From Cetorhinus maximus (taxonomy: Eukaryota): a DNA stretch of 64,000 nucleotides. This document shows positions 1 through 13,726 of this stretch, piece after piece. Under the pieces are notes generated by a model. It was not told where the DNA came from. It did no database searches and saw only the letters and a program-made list of their open reading frames with translations. Every line of letters begins with the position of its first letter. Position 1 is the stretch's first letter. Location: NCBI RefSeq assembly GCF_964194155.1, contig NC_135879.1, positions 56,234,001 through 56,298,000 of the forward strand, in the 5' to 3' direction. Position numbers and translations under genes: made by a program.

Positions 1-504
1 ACAGTCCCCTTAATCTCTTTTTAAAAAGAACTCAGATTAAGTCCAACTAACATGGGCACATTGATTTTAAAACTTCTGGAGTCCAAACAGTTTATTGTTT
101 TTCTGCAGAGGTAGATCCCAGGATGCGAGATTAACTGAACTGTAACCCATTGTCTACTTGGATTTTCAGAAAGCTTTCAATAAAGTACCTCAAGAGGTTT
201 CTCTTTCAGAGAGAATGTTGTGAAATTAGTGATAATCTGCTTCATTGGATTCAGAACTGGCCTTATGCCTCGAGGTAGAAAGTCGCAGTCAGTGAATTTA
301 AACAGAAAAATTGCTAAATGAAAAAAAGCTAAAGTCCATCAAACTCACTGGTATCACCCTGGTAGCCACATGATATAACAAAATGGAACCGTTGACCAAT
401 TACAGCATTCCCTCTATATCAATTAGTTCACAACAGATCCAGGCATGATTCAAAGAAAATCCAGTGGAAAGAGCTTTGGAAACCATGGGTCCAAGGAAAG
501 ACAG

Positions 505-960
505 ACAGACTTGCATTTATATAGCGCTTTTCACAGCCACCAAATGTCTCAAAAGCAATTTTACAGCCAATGAAGTGCAGTCACTGTGGTAATGTGTGGA
601 ACTCAGCAGCCAAGATGTGCACAGCACACTCCCACAAAGAGCAACATGACAGTGACCAGATAATCTGTTTTAGTGATGTTGGTTGAGGGATAAATACTCC
701 TCAGTTATCCACCAGGGATAACTCCACTGCTCTTCTTTGAGAAAATGGCTTGGGAATTTCTGCATCCACCCAGTCAGGCAAATGGGGCCTCAGTTTAATG
801 TCTCACCAAAAGATAGCAACTCTGACAGTGTAATGCTCCCTCAGCACTGCATCAGAGTGTCAGCCTTGTCTTTTGGGTGCAAGTCCTGCAGTGGGAATTG
901 AATTCAGAACCTCGTGGCTCAGTGACCAGAATGCTATCAACTGAGGTATGGCTGACACTA
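505..960 (-). mobile_element. tRNA-derived Deu-domain SINE (SacSINE1-like)
   Basis: Minus-strand tRNA-like head with A/B-box remnants near 890-960, a Deu-like core, and an L2-like tail GCGCTATATAAATGCAAGTC. Several related copies occur in the window. Confidence 0.75.
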
Positions 961-1650
961 GTAAAGTCACTGCCCAATCACATTACACTTACCATAGACA
1001 TTCAAAAACGTTACTTTCGAAAAGAAACCTATCTAATTTGTATTTGAATAAATCCACTCTAACTGCTTCCACCATCTCCCTAGGAAGCTTGTTCCATAGA
1101 TTGACCACTTGCACACTGAAATATTATCTCCGTGGATTTGTTTTGAATTTACCCTCTAAACACTGACTGTGTCCTCTGGTTCTATTGCTTTCGACATGGC
1201 GATAGAGCTTATAATATCACATTAGCCAGTAACTTTAAAATCCTCAAAACAGCAAACATATCATCTCTAAACCTTTTCTTGTCCAGTAAATGTTCATTTT
1301 ACATAATTGTTCCTCATAATTCAACTCCTTCATCCCTGCAATCATTCTGGCTGCTCTTCTGTATTCTTTTAATAAATGCAATTTTTAAAAATATTGTGGC
1401 AACCCACTGTTTTCTCCATCTACTGCCACTGAGAATTGTCGCAATAGCTTCAATTTGTCAATCACGGCCCCCAGATTTTTTAATTTTTATGCACCTTATT
1501 TTCTTTCCATTTAAATAATAATCCTTTCTTTGAATTTTTGTTCCCATGTGAAGTGCTTGGCTTCTCTCTACATTGAATCTGGTCTGCCAACTGCCTGTCC
1601 AATTCCCAATTATACTCAAATCCTCCTGTAATTTCCCCTGTTCAGCTTTG

Positions 1651-2252
1651 GGGCAGGATTTTTGCCTTGTTGGGCAGGCCTGGGAACGGCCGCGAAATCA
1701 ACCGCAGCCCACAATCGGGCCCCAACTGCAATTTCATACTGCCTGACAAATTAACGGCCAGCCAGCGTGAATCGCGTGCTGCAATACTCAGCGCTGCTGG
1801 GGTGGGGGCGGGAGGAGAGTGAGCGCGGAGGTTTGCACATGCGCACAGGTACGCACACTGAAAGCTCCCTGAAGGCACAGACTCTGTCACATGAGCAGGG
1901 ACATGTTATAAATGAGATTTGAACATTATAGTTTTATTTCTGATTAACGTCAGAAACCTCATCCTGCCCGTGGATGAGGTTTCCTCAAAACTCCAAAAGG
2001 CCGCTTGGCCTTTTTGCCCACCCACCAACTGAACGGTTGGACAGGTAGCGAAAAATCGGATTTAATTAATTAATGGCCTCAATGGGCCTCTTAACTGTTG
2101 GCGGGCACACTGCCGCCTCTTGCAGCGCTCGCTGAGCGAAATATTGCGAGTGTGTGTAATGATGTCAGGATGCTCGCCCAGCGGCATCACGCACTATTTT
2201 ACTCTTGTTTGGGTCGGGTGCATGCTCGCCCGACGAGGGACAAATTCTGCCC
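1651..2252. mobile_element. Non-autonomous PIF/Harbinger-type MITE
   Basis: ~30-bp imperfect TIRs (GGGCAGGATTTTTGCC... / ...GGACAAATTCTGCCC) with an exact 3-bp TSD TTG (1648-1650, 2253-2255). CpG-rich. Confidence 0.8.
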
Positions 2253-2737
2253 TTGGACTCTACAACATTCATTAGCTTTGTATTATCTACAAATTTAATC
2301 ACTGTGCTTGTGACTCCTAGATCCAGTGATAACATTCTCATAGATTGATGACAATCCCATAACAGTACCCTCAGTCAACTCACTATGCTTTCATCATAAA
2401 ATATTTCCACTGATTTCTGCTTTATTTTTAGTTCTCGCCTTTCCGGAGAACTGTATCAAAGATCTTACTGAAATCCAAGTACACCACACCCAGTACCTTA
2501 CACCTATCAAACTCATTTGTCAAACCCTCAAGGAAAACCATTAAGTTGGTTTAGCAAGACCTCTTCTTGAAGCCATATTTTTCACCTTTTTTGATCTTAT
2601 TTCTATCCAGCTGCTACATGAACTTAGTTATTAATAACGTTTTCCATAATCTTACCAAAAATTAATCTCAAACTCACTGGTCTGTAGCTTCCTGGATTAG
2701 TTTTGTGACCTGCTGAAAAGTGCAGTATAACAGTACC

Positions 2738-3895
2738 TTTACAGTGCAAAAGGAGGCCATTTGGCCCACTGAGTCTGCACTGGCTCTCCGAAAGAGCACT
2801 CCACCCAGTCCCACTTCCCCTGCCTTATCCCTGTAACCTTACACATTCTCTCTTTCCAGGTAGCAATCCAATTCCCTTTTGAATACCTCAATCTAACCTG
2901 CCTCCACCACCCTTTCAGGAAGTTTGTTCCAGATTCCAATTACCCTCTGGATGAAAGATTTTTCCTCACATCACGTTTACTCCTTTTGACAATTATTTTG
3001 AATCTGCCCTCCAGCTCTTGGTGTGCTCTTGAGTGGGAACGATTTCTCACTATTTACGCTGTCCATACCCCTCAAGATCTTGAATACCTCTATCAAATCT
3101 CCTCTCAACCTTCTTTTCTCCAAGGAAAACAGTCCCAACCTCTCCAATCTATCCCCATAGCTACAGTTCTTCATCCCCGGAATCATTCTTGTGAATCTCC
3201 TCGGTGCTCTCTCCAATGCCTTCACATCCTTCCTCAAGTATGGTGCTCAGAACTGAACACAGTACTCCAGATGAGGCCTAACTAGTGTCTTATACAAATT
3301 CAGCATGACCTCCTTACTCTTGTACTCAATGTCCCTATTAATAAAGCCTACATTCTTTATTATCTGCTCTCTCAACATGCCCTGCCTTTTTCAATGACCT
3401 ATGTACATATACACCAAGGTCCCTCTGTTCCTGCACTTCCTTTAGAGGCTCTCCCTTTATTTTATACTGTCTCACCATATCTTTCCTGCCAAACTGAATC
3501 ACCTCACACTTCTCTGCATTGAACTTCATCTGCCGCCTGTCTGCCCAATCCACCAACATTTCTATGTCCTTTTGAAGTTCAAGACTATCTCCATCACAGT
3601 TGACAACATTCCCAATCTTATCAACTGGAAATTTTGAAATCATGCCCTGCCTGAACACCACAGTCTAGGTCATTAATATGTAACAGGAAAAGCAAGGGTC
3701 CCAACACTGACCCCTGAGGAACCCCACTACCAACCTTCTTCCAATCTGAAAAACAACCATTTGTCACTACTCTGTTTCCTGTCACTCAGCCAATTTCTTA
3801 TCTAAGTGCCTACTTTCCCTTTTATTCTGTGACCTACAAGTTTTCTCAAGTCTGTTGCGTGGCACTGGATCAAGTGCCTTTTGAAAATCGAAATG
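2738..3895 (-). mobile_element. CR1 LINE 3' fragment
   Basis: ORF-track peptides KFNAEKCEVIQFG and LERLGLFSLEKRRLRGDLIEVFK, plus a CR1 3' UTR. Confidence 0.88.
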
Positions 3896-4871
3896 CCTTT
3901 TGAAAAGCAGGAATAACATTTTTCTTTCTCCAGTCACTGTAGCATTCAATGATTTCTGCAAGATTTTTGCCAGCGTTCCTGAAATTTCTTTCCTTTATTC
4001 CTTACAGATCCTTGAATACATTTTATCCAGCCCGAGATTTATGCGCCTTAGGTTTGTACAGCTGTCCTGCAACCATGCTGGTCATAATGTGAATAGTGTC
4101 ACAGCCTACCTCACTCAGTTTCTTTTCCAGATCTAATTAGTTACCTGTTTCCTCCATGGTTAAAACTGGGACAAAAATCTTATTTAGCACTTTTGCAGCC
4201 TGTGTAGCATCAGGTTCAGACCCTCACCTGGTCCCACATTCAGCAAGCCTACTTCATCCCTGTTTCTTTTAAAAAAGCTTATGAAGGGATCAATGTTAGG
4301 AACCAGCACAGAGATCAGTGTTAGACTTTTCGCCTCTCCCAGGAGATTAAATGGCTGCAGGCAAGTGGGGAGGAGTTTGCAATGTGATCCATTAGACATC
4401 ACAACTATTTGGGATGGTCTAGTGGGTCTTTTTCTGTACTGAAAAACTAGACAAAACAAGGTTTGACATGTGTACTTCACTCCAGAAACACAGGCAGTAT
4501 CGCAAGGGAAGATGCACGCTGACAGCGTACATGTGTGCGTGCATGAATGAGAGAGAGCAGCAGTGTGCGACATAGCAAGAGAGAGGGGCAGAAAGAAAGA
4601 GGTAGAGATCATCATCAACTATTTCCTACCACCTGGGTTCAATGCCTTCACAGGAGCAACCAGAGTGCAATTGAGAATATTGATTTTCATTCAAAAAAAT
4701 GCTGCAGATGCAGGCCACGGTATTGATTTTTCTCTGGTAAAAAGGTTTGGTAAAATTTTCAGGTATTGTATATCTGACTGTGTCCCTATTTTTGACTTCC
4801 CCCGAATCTATTCTTTGTTTAAAATTTCTAAATTTTGTCCTGCAAAATCTGTATTCAATTTGACTGCTTAC

Positions 4872-5022
4872 CCAAACATTACTATTTCTGTATCAGAATC
4901 GGAATCTTCACTGGCATTGAGGTGTTCCTCATTTACTTCGCTGTTTGCATCCAGCATTGCAGGCATTATTGCAGCAACATCAACCTTGAATACATTCTGG
5001 TAAAGCATTTCATACAGAATGG
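4872..5022 (-). CDS. OTUD4: OTUD4 exon 7 (SILYEMLYQNVFKVDV...EEHLNASEDSDSDTEIVMF); gene continues past window start
   Basis: TTGCAG acceptor, GTAAGC donor, 151 nt, phase 1-2. LYEMLY..VFK plus an acidic linker, as in OTUD4. Confidence 0.9.
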
Positions 5023-5454
5023 CTGCAAAATAAAACAAGGTTCAAGTTTACACTTCTATACACACTGGCCCTAAAAATTCATGGGATGAGATCCCAGCGA
5101 TTTTTCTATGATTACGCCCACCAGTGATGATGACCCTGCCAAAGTTAGTCAGATCAATCCCCACAACTTTGAGCTAAACCAATTTTCTTTCATGTGGGAG
5201 CCTCCTCAGTACATAAAATCTACAGCTTTGAAATCTTAACTGAATTTAATTGTAGCACCTGATATGCACAATATAGGCTGATTCTGCTTAAATCAGAACT
5301 ACTTCGAATTCACACAGATTCAATGAATGATCAATTCTTGTGTGTAAATACTGCCTGCAATTTGAATTCAAGTATCTCCCCAAATCCTTACAATATGAGG
5401 TAGGTGGCATCTGAAGCAAACATTATGATTTCAAATGGCACTGGTGTGTATGTT

Positions 5455-7805
5455 AGAAGAACTATTAGGATGGAAGGATTGTTCGATCTGGTTATGAGCA
5501 ATGAAATAGATTGTGTAAACTAACTAACTGTGGGTAAACAACTTGGGAGTAGAACACAATAAGACAAAATTCAACTAGAAATGGAAAAAATACAATAAAC
5601 TAGAACATTCGGATAAGGGCTGATGTTAAAAATCTGAGGAGCAAGCTAGCCAAGGTAAAGTGGAAGGGGAAATTGTCATGAGAACTATACAGTAACAGAA
5701 CAGAGGTAGACATTTAAGCAGATATTTCATAACGCTCCGCAAAAATTTATCCCGGTCAAAAAGGGCTCGGTGAGAAGGATGAACCAACTGTGGTTAACAA
5801 AAGTGGTCAAGGGGAGTAGCCAATCACAAACTAAGGCATACAAAGCAGCGAAAAGGTCAGAGGATTGAGAATTTTTCAGGAACCAGCAGTCGATGAATAA
5901 AAAGCTAATAAAGAGGGAGAAAATTGATTATGAAAGTAAATTGGCGAGAAATATAAAAACAAACAGCAAGAGCTTCTACGGGTATATAAAAACAGAGTGG
6001 CTAAAGTGAGCGTGGGACCCTTGGAGGATGCGACTGGAGAATTGATAACGAGGAACAGGGAAATGGCAGATAATTTAAACCAATATTTTGCATCAGTCCT
6101 CACAGCGGAGGACACTATAAACATCCCAAAGATATCAAATAAGCAAGGAGCTAATGGGAGGGAAAGATCTTGTAACAGTTTCTATCACGAGGGACAAAGT
6201 ATTTGACAAACTAATGGGACTAAAGGCAGACAAGTCATCCGGACCTGAAGGCCTGCATCCAAGGATTTTAAAGGAAGTGGCTGCAGAGATTAGTGATGGC
6301 GTTGGTCAAAATATTCCAGAACTCACTGATTCTGGGAGGGTACCAGCGGATTGGAAAGCTGCTAATGTGACGCCCCTGTTCAAGAGGGAGGGAGACAAAA
6401 AGCAGGAAACTATAGGCCAGTCAGCTTAACATCTGTCGTTGGGAAAATGCTAGAGTCCATTATTAAGGAAGAAATAGCAAGACATTTAGAAAAGTTTAAC
6501 GCAATCAAACAGATTGTTTTGTGAACATGGTTTTTGAAAGGGAAATCATGTTTGACAAATTTGCTAGAGTTCTTTGAGGATATTACAAGCAGAGTTGATA
6601 ATGGGGAACCAGTAGATGTAGTGTATTTGGATTTCCAGAAGGCATTCAATAAGGTGCCACATAAAAGGTTATTGCACAAGATAGGAGCTCACAGTATTGG
6701 GGATAATGTATTAGCATGGATTGAAGATTGGTTAACACACAGAAGAAAGAGAGTCAGGATTAATGGGGCTTTTTCAGGTTGGAAAGATGTAACTGGTGGA
6801 GTGCCACAAGGATCAGTCATAGGGCCTCCATTATTTATTATCTATATTAATGACTTGAAGGAAGGGCAGAGTGTAATGTATCCAAATTTGCTGACAATAC
6901 AAAAATAGGTGGGAGGGCATGTTGTGATGAGGGCATAAGGAATCTGCAAGGGGATTTAGATAGGTTGAGTGAGTGGGCAATACTTGGCAGATGGAGTTTA
7001 ATGTAGGAAAGTGTGAGGTCATGCACTTTGTTAGGAAGAATCAAAAGGCAGACAATAATTTAAATGGAGATAAGACTCCAAAAAAGTGCAGCACAGAGGG
7101 ATCTGGGTGTTCTTGTGCATGAAACACAAAAAGTTAGCATGCAGGTGCAGCGAGTAATTAAGAAGGCAAATGGAATTTTGGCCTCTATTGTTAGGGGATT
7201 GGAGTTTAAAAATAGGGAAGTCTTGTTACAACTGTACAGGGTGTTGGTGAGGTCACACCTGGAGTACTGTATAGAGTTTTGGTCTCCGTATTTATGAAAG
7301 GATATACTGACATTGGAGGCAGTTCAAAAGAAATTGACGAGGCTGATTCCTGGGATGAAGGGGTTGACTTATCAAGAACGGCTAAACAGGTTAGGCCTTT
7401 ATTCATTGGGGTTTAGAAGAATGAGGGGCGGTCTTATTGGGGGGGCTTGACAGGGTAGATGTTGAGAAGATGTTTCCACTAGTGAGGGAATCTCGAACTA
7501 GGGAACATAGTTACAGAATAAGGGGACATTTATTTAAAACTGAGATGCAAAGGAATTTCTTCTCTCAGAGGGTAGTGAATGTCTGGAATTCTCTACCCGA
7601 GAGAGTTGTGGAGGCTAGATCACAAAGTATTTAAAAAAGAGGTAGATAAATTTTTGAAATATCGAGCAGTTGAGGGCTATGAAGAGCTGGCACGAAAGAG
7701 GAGTTGAGGCCTGGAGCAGATCAGCCATGATCTTTTTGAATGGCGGGCATGGGCTTGAGGGGCCAAATGGCCTAATCCTGTTCCTATTTCTTATGTATGT
7801 TCTTA
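5455..7805 (+). mobile_element. CR1 LINE ORF2 (RT), frameshifted, with 3' tail
   Basis: Peptides [34 protein letters not shown] and FFSQRVVNVWNSLP. Confidence 0.92.
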
Positions 7806-7809
7806 AAAA

Positions 7810-9310
7810 AAACGAGATTGCAGAGATACAGAATAAGCATAATCCACAAAAAGGAGAGGATTGTCAATTTGTAGATTATCAAAAAATGGCAGAGGTATTT
7901 AATAACTTGTTTACATAAGTCTTTATTGAAGAGAAGGGTGTCAGAGAGGAGGCAAATCCTGAAGAAGTTGTGGAGAATGAGATGAGCAACATTATGATAG
8001 ATAAAAGGAAAATTTTAGGTAAGGAGATAGATTGGAGGACAAAATGCCAGTGCCTGATTAGATGCATCTTAGGATCCTGAGAGAGATGAGCCAGGAAACT
8101 GTTGAGAGCTTAGTAATTAATTTTTGGGTTCTACTGAATGTGGGTATGTGCTGGAAGAATAGAGAGAGAATGGAAAATGAATACAAGCTCATTTGCTTAA
8201 CGTCTGTGGTATGGACAATGTTATAGTCTTTTATTAAGAATGAAATTATCAGGTATCTAAATATAAAGAAAATAACTGGAAATAGCATAAGTGGATTCTA
8301 TTCATAACAAATTTCAGACACGATACATAGGAGGAAATACAATGTGCTTTAACATCAGGGAAGTCTTTGACAGGGGACCACATTGCTGATTTCCAGGGAA
8401 GGTTAAGGGAAGATTATCAATCTGATTGAAAAAATGGTTAGAAAGGGGAAAACAGTAGGAATTAAAGCCAATTTTTCCCCCAAGTGTTTAAATGTATATG
8501 AGTTTACCACATGGTTCAACTCCGTACCACTTATGTTCACTGTTTAAATCAATTATTTGAATTCAGGCCTGGAAGGAATGACATTGAAATTCGTAGATGA
8601 TACCAATCAGAAGGTGTAGTTAATTGATGTGGGGAAATTGGTAGGTGGAATTCAACGTTAGTGACACATGGTATACTTTGTTAAAAACACATAAGTAATT
8701 ACACTCTGATAGAAGGAGTTTCATGGGACATTAAAGCAAATTCATTAAAATTGGTAATGCCAAAAGAACCTAATCAAATTCTAGGTTTTATCTCAAGAAG
8801 CATTGAACTTAAAATCCAAGAGGCGATATGAGCCTATTAAAACCTTTAGATATCAGTTACAACACTCTGCAGCATTGGGCTCCGTACTACAGAAGGATAC
8901 TGAGACTTTAGAGAGGGCAGATTTATTAGGAGGCTGGCTGGTACGAGGAAATACTAATATGAAGAAAGGCTTAAAGAATTTGGGCTTTGGCTTTAGAACA
9001 AAGAAAATTATGAGGCAATATAACAGGAGTGTTTAAAAACTATGGAAGAATGGGACAAGGTCGATAATAACTTTTTTTGACGGAGTGTGAGACATTGAAA
9101 TTCACTGCCATGTTAGTTGTTTGGGCAAAAACTGTGTGAACCTTCAACATTAAATCAGACAACTGAACGAAGAAAAAAGTGTTGAAGGGATATGGAAGCA
9201 AAGCAGATAAACCAGTTTAGGATTATTTGCTTGCATGGTGGGTAAATACTGACATGGACTAGTTGGGCTCAATATTCTCCTTTCATGTTGTAACTTCTAC
9301 ACGCTGCTAT
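7810..9310 (+). mobile_element. Older, heavily decayed CR1
   Basis: Residual MAEVFNNLF, MHLRILRE-like and FVDDT-like motifs, and a CR1-like tail near 9250-9310. Confidence 0.6.
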
Positions 9311-9731
9311 GTATATGCATGGCAGTCTTGAAATAGAATCATCATAATTATGTATTCTGCAACCAGTCCTATAACCTTTTAGATAACAGCTACTGCTTGT
9401 GCATCCAGTAAGAGTACACAATTCTTTTCTTTAGCCTCCACATTACATCCAGTGTTCACTTGGAATGTACAACCAGTTCTCTAAGCAGGATAGCTAAATG
9501 GAGAAATGCATGGCACAAAAGGAATTATGGGGCAAAGTAGAAGTTTGTATCCAGACATTCAGCTGAAGGTAGGGATACATTTGTGTGAATTAAAACCTCT
9601 TTTAAAGAGCTCTTTAAAAAAGAAAGCACAGGGTTTTTGTTTTTAATGAATGCATGATTGGAAATTTTGAATAGCTAGTTCCAAATTATAGACAACAAAA
9701 GTAATTTGCAAATTAAAATCAGAGTACTTAC

Positions 9732-9813
9732 ATTGGCAAAAGGCTGCAGCATCCACAAATGTCCCTGGGTAGACACTGTCATAATGATTTCCATTTGAAA
9801 AGCACAACAAGAT
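9732..9813 (-). CDS. OTUD4: OTUD4 exon 6 (ILLCFSNGNHYDSVYPGTFVDAAAFCQ), catalytic His loop
   Basis: TTTAG acceptor, GTAAGT donor, 82 nt, phase 0-1. Contains the NGNHYD OTU His box. Confidence 0.95.
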
Positions 9814-10671
9814 CTAAATGCAAGTCAAGAAAATAAATTGTTCAGTTAGCCTTTCTATTATCATCATTGGACATCAATTAATTGTTAATCTATATCCAAA
9901 TCTTCAAGTCAAGGGTAGAAATCCTGTCTCCAGTCAATTAATGCTCCTTGGAGCATAAAATGGCTGCTGGGCTACTGTGATTGGTGGGAATGAGTTCCCC
10001 ACCAGCTCTTCGGGTGGCAGGGCAAAAATCCCGCACTAAGTTACAAAATACAAAACATTCTATCTTTGCATTTTGAAAGCTAAGAAAGGGAAAAATCAAG
10101 TTTAAGGCTGTTCTTACAGTTCAGAACAAAACCCCAAAATGTATGTGGCAAATACCATTTCAGGATATTTTAGTTCTATTTGAATTCTAATTTCCTGCCA
10201 CAATCAAAACCTGTCATTCATTTCAGGCCTGCTTCAGTGATGTGCTAATTCTCTTGAGCAGCAATGGATCAACACTGCAGGCCAGGCTCAAGTTATGACC
10301 ACCACTTCCACTCAACTCGCACATCCCCACTTCACCCCACCCCTTGTCCCTTTCCCACTGAAGTAAATTCAGGGTGCATCGTTGACAACACTGGTATAGT
10401 CACTGAAGAAAACAGGCCTGAAATGACAGATTTTCTTCAGGAGATGCATATGTAAATTAAACAAAAGACTAACAGATTTATAGTTTTCACAGACATTTGG
10501 GGTGGAGGTGGGGCTTCTCTTAACAGAAAGTACTTGTCAGTCAACGACTCTTTAATTTTCCTTTTAACTTGGCAGAGCTCAGAACCAAGTTCAAAAGCAT
10601 TCTGTACAGGACCTAACAATGTCAAAATATTTTGGTCATCACCTCTGGTAATTTATAAAGTTCTTCCACCA

Positions 10672-11290
10672 ACAACAATAACTTGCATTTAATTATCTCT
10701 TTTAACATGACGATATGTCCCAAAGTATTCGCAGGAGTGTTAATAAACAAAATTTGACAGAACCGCATCGGAGATTTAGGACAGATGACCAAAAGCTTGG
10801 TTTAGAGGAGCATCTTTAAAAGACCAAAGCAGCTGAAAGCAACTTTGTCAACGGTGGTACAATGAAAATCTGGAACGCACAAGAGACCCGAATTTGAAGA
10901 GTGTAGAAATCTTGAAGGTGAGTGGGTTGGGGGTTACTGATATGCATACTTTAGAGGGATTTGAAAACTAGGATGAAAATGTTTAAAATCGAGGCCTTGC
11001 ACAACTAGGAGCCAAGCTAGATCAGCAAACACATGGGTGAGACTTTGTGTAAGTGAGGATAGGGATAGCAGAAATTTGGATAAGCTCAAGTTTTTGGAGG
11101 ATAGAAGATTGGAGGCCAGCTAGAACAGCATAGAAATAATCAAGTCGAGACATAACAAAGGCACAGATGAGGATTTCAGCAGCAGATGAGCTAAAGTAGA
11201 GGTGGAGATGAATGGTGTTATGGAGGTGGTTTGGAGGCACAGGGTTGGAAGCTCAGCTAAAGGTCAAATAGGACACCAAGGTTGTGATAT
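10672..11290 (-). mobile_element. L2 LINE 3' fragment
   Basis: AAEILICAFVMSRLDYFYAVLAGL is an L2 C-terminal motif; tail rc of AAATGCAAGTTATTGTT. Confidence 0.75.
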
Positions 11291-11457
11291 AGCAGTACTT
11301 GAGTTCAGTGATGAAGGTACAGCTTTCATGTGTAATATTGATAAACTCAACGGGCATCTCTGCAACTTCTGGTGCTCCTAACACAGCAAAACATTTCAGA
11401 AAATTCACCTGTGCTGTTCCATCTCTGATTTGTAAATGGTAAACATGTAGAAAGAAT

Positions 11458-11815
11458 TAACTTGATTTATATAGTACCTTTCACAAATTCAGGACATTCC
11501 AAAGGACTTTATAGCCAATTAAATACTTCTGAAGCACAGTCACTATCGCAATGTAGGAAATGCGCCCGTAAATTTGTGCACAGCCAACTTCTACAAACAG
11601 CAATGAGTTAATGACCAGAAAATCTGTTTTATTGATGTTAATTGAGGGACGAATATTAGCTAGGACACTCAGGAGAATTCCACTTTCTTCATCAATTAGT
11701 GTCATGGGATCTTTCATATCAGCTTAAGGGAGCAAACAGGATATCACCTCATCCGAATGACTAAAACTCTGCAGTATCACCCTACATGATATGCTTATGT
11801 CTCTGGAGTTGAGTT
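11458..11815 (-). mobile_element. Deu-domain SINE copy
   Basis: Similar to 505-960; contains rc of the AAAGATCCCATG core. Confidence 0.7.
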
Positions 11816-11885
11816 AAGTAGTGGTTTCCTTGTATCTTTACTTAGAGCCAATGTACATGATTGTGTCAGGTCTTCTGTAACTTAC

Positions 11886-11958
11886 CGTGTCAGGGAATGC
11901 ATTTTCAGTTACATGAGCAGGAGGTCTATTTGGTTCCTGGTAAATTATAAAATCTCGT
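11886..11958 (-). CDS. OTUD4: OTUD4 exon 5 (RDFIIYQEPNRPPAHVTENAFPDT)
   Basis: CACAG acceptor, GTAAGT donor, 73 nt, phase 2-0 restores frame. Confidence 0.95.
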
Positions 11959-13349
11959 CTGTGAAATTAAAAATAACAGATTAAAAAATATCTTGAAGCA
12001 CCCATGACAAATTTAATCATGCTCTGTCTTACTGTGCAGACCATGAGATAACAGCCATCACAGCTCAATTGTTTCAAGCATGATATAATAGCCAGAAAGT
12101 CCCAGGCGTAGTTCCAGAACTGTGCCGAGTTAGCTAATCTCAGCTGAGCTGGCTGTTGGATCATTTCAGTTATCATATTACTTAGTCTAAAATTTAACAG
12201 CAGAAATCTTAGTCATGATTGCCTCAGTTGACTTCTGATAAAACATATGCATATCTATCGTCATCTGGTGAGATCAGCTGAAGCCAAGGCGTTCCCCATA
12301 TTTGCCAAACTCATACATTGAAAGTGGGCACTGAGAGGGGTATTGGGTTGCCGTGTGAGATCAATCATTGGGACATACAATGGTAAAACCACCGTTGTTT
12401 TTTTCATTTGAACATTTTCATTTAATAGTTATATAATTATTGGAGATGGGGAAATAAGGTGGCTTGGCTAAGTGGGGCAATAGCAGATGGAAGATCATGT
12501 GATGAAACCTCCAAGAATACGTCCAACAAGAGTTGGCGTCCCCAGTTCTGATCTGTACAGTATAAAACCACACCCTACCTTCATGTCTGCTTTGTACAGC
12601 AGGTTGTAAGGCCATGGTGCTCCTCCCTGATTCCAGTTAAATTCTGGGTGGACCATAGTGGAAAATGATAAAAAATTTGGGTGGAGGGGCTTACTGCAAC
12701 TGCCCAATCCTGACTTGGATTTACACCAGCTACTCCCCAACTCCTCACAAAGATCTTGCAGACTCTTCCATCCATATGTGCCACAAATGAACCTTTGGGC
12801 CAGAAAGGATTTTCCCCACTTATGCACTCCCCTGCCCTTTACCATTACTGCCTTGGCAGTCATATTAAAAGGTGGCAGTAGGCCCTGGCAGCAATTTTCT
12901 CGAGTTTCCCCAATGGATGGATACTTCTGCTCCTGGAATAATCTAATAAGCAAGATAATAAAGGCAAACATCTGAAACTATTTTAAATATAATTAGATGC
13001 CATGATAGAAGAGTTAGTGTAGCGGACAGATGAATTAAGATTAACTAAATGGTCTGATCATATCTTTGACAGATTTGGAATAATAATTGGCGAGGATTTA
13101 TGGATTAGAATCTGGACTGAAATAATAACATTCAAGCTGCTGCATATTGATGTTCTTTACACAATGGATAGGTAGAGGTTTTAAATCGCCATTTTCATTG
13201 ATAATTTTTCCAGCATGGCTACTGTGTTGTGGGAAAATGGTGTTCACAGGAAAATGCTTGCTATAAATATTGGGCACTGTTTATGAAAAATCAGTTACTC
13301 AAAATATAACCGTGTACCAAGAGTCTCAGGTGCTCAGCAGTGGCAAAGT

Positions 13350-13572
13350 ACCAGCTTGGCTCAGTAGCAGCACTCTGACGAGACTCAGAAGGTGTGAGAG
13401 CCCTACTGCAGGACTCAAATCACATAGTACTGTGCTGAGGATGTATTTCATTGTCAGAGATGCTGCCTTTTGAATGAGAGGTTAAATCGAGGCCCTCTTC
13501 AGTCATGAATTGGTTGCAACTTATTTGAAATGCCCTCCAGACAAGAAAGGCACTATAAAACGCAAGTCCTTT
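13350..13572 (+). mobile_element. Internally deleted Deu-domain SINE
   Basis: TGGCTCAGTAGCAGCACTCT head, GAGAGGTTAAATCGAGGCCC core and GCACTATAAAACGCAAGT tail. Confidence 0.65.
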
Positions 13573-13679
13573 CTTTTGGTATGTTTCCAAGTCACTATGA
13601 ATCAAATAGAAAGTAAAAATGCCTAAATTTGTAAGGTACAAAATATTTTCAGTAAACTAAATATCCACAGTGGTCTTAC

Positions 13680-13726
13680 TTGTACATGAGTGACAGAGCA
13701 CTGATTTCCACTTGTCCAACCCATTC
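13680..13726 (-). CDS. OTUD4: OTUD4 exon 4 (EWVGQVEISALSLMY-K)
   Basis: TGCAG acceptor, GTAAGA donor, 47 nt, phase 0-2. EWVGQVEISALSLMY fits OTUD4 rather than ALG13. Confidence 0.95.

Larger units (their letters stand above)
990..4040 (-). mobile_element. Old decayed CR1 LINE, split by a MITE (1651-2252) and a younger CR1 (2738-3895)
   Basis: Decayed CR1 ORF2 motifs (e.g. rc of VYLDF at ~2470) in collinear order on both sides of the inserts. Confidence 0.55.

Noticed and set aside
4184-4438. Possible OTUD4 exon 8 after the TTTTTCAG acceptor near 4440
   Set aside because: In the required phase 2 it reaches a stop within about 11 codons and has no OTUD4 similarity. Later exons probably lie outside the window.
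4563-5003. 146-aa plus-strand ORF
   Set aside because: Antisense shadow of exon 7 and intron sequence, with a non-ATG start and no recognisable motifs.
5120-5290. Intronic C/D snoRNA (TGATGA ... CTGA)
   Set aside because: No terminal stem or recognisable rRNA guide; such boxes occur by chance.
12495-12975. 158-aa and 105-aa overlapping ORFs in intron 4
   Set aside because: No domain resemblance and no phase-compatible splice sites identified; probably decayed repeat or chance ORFs.
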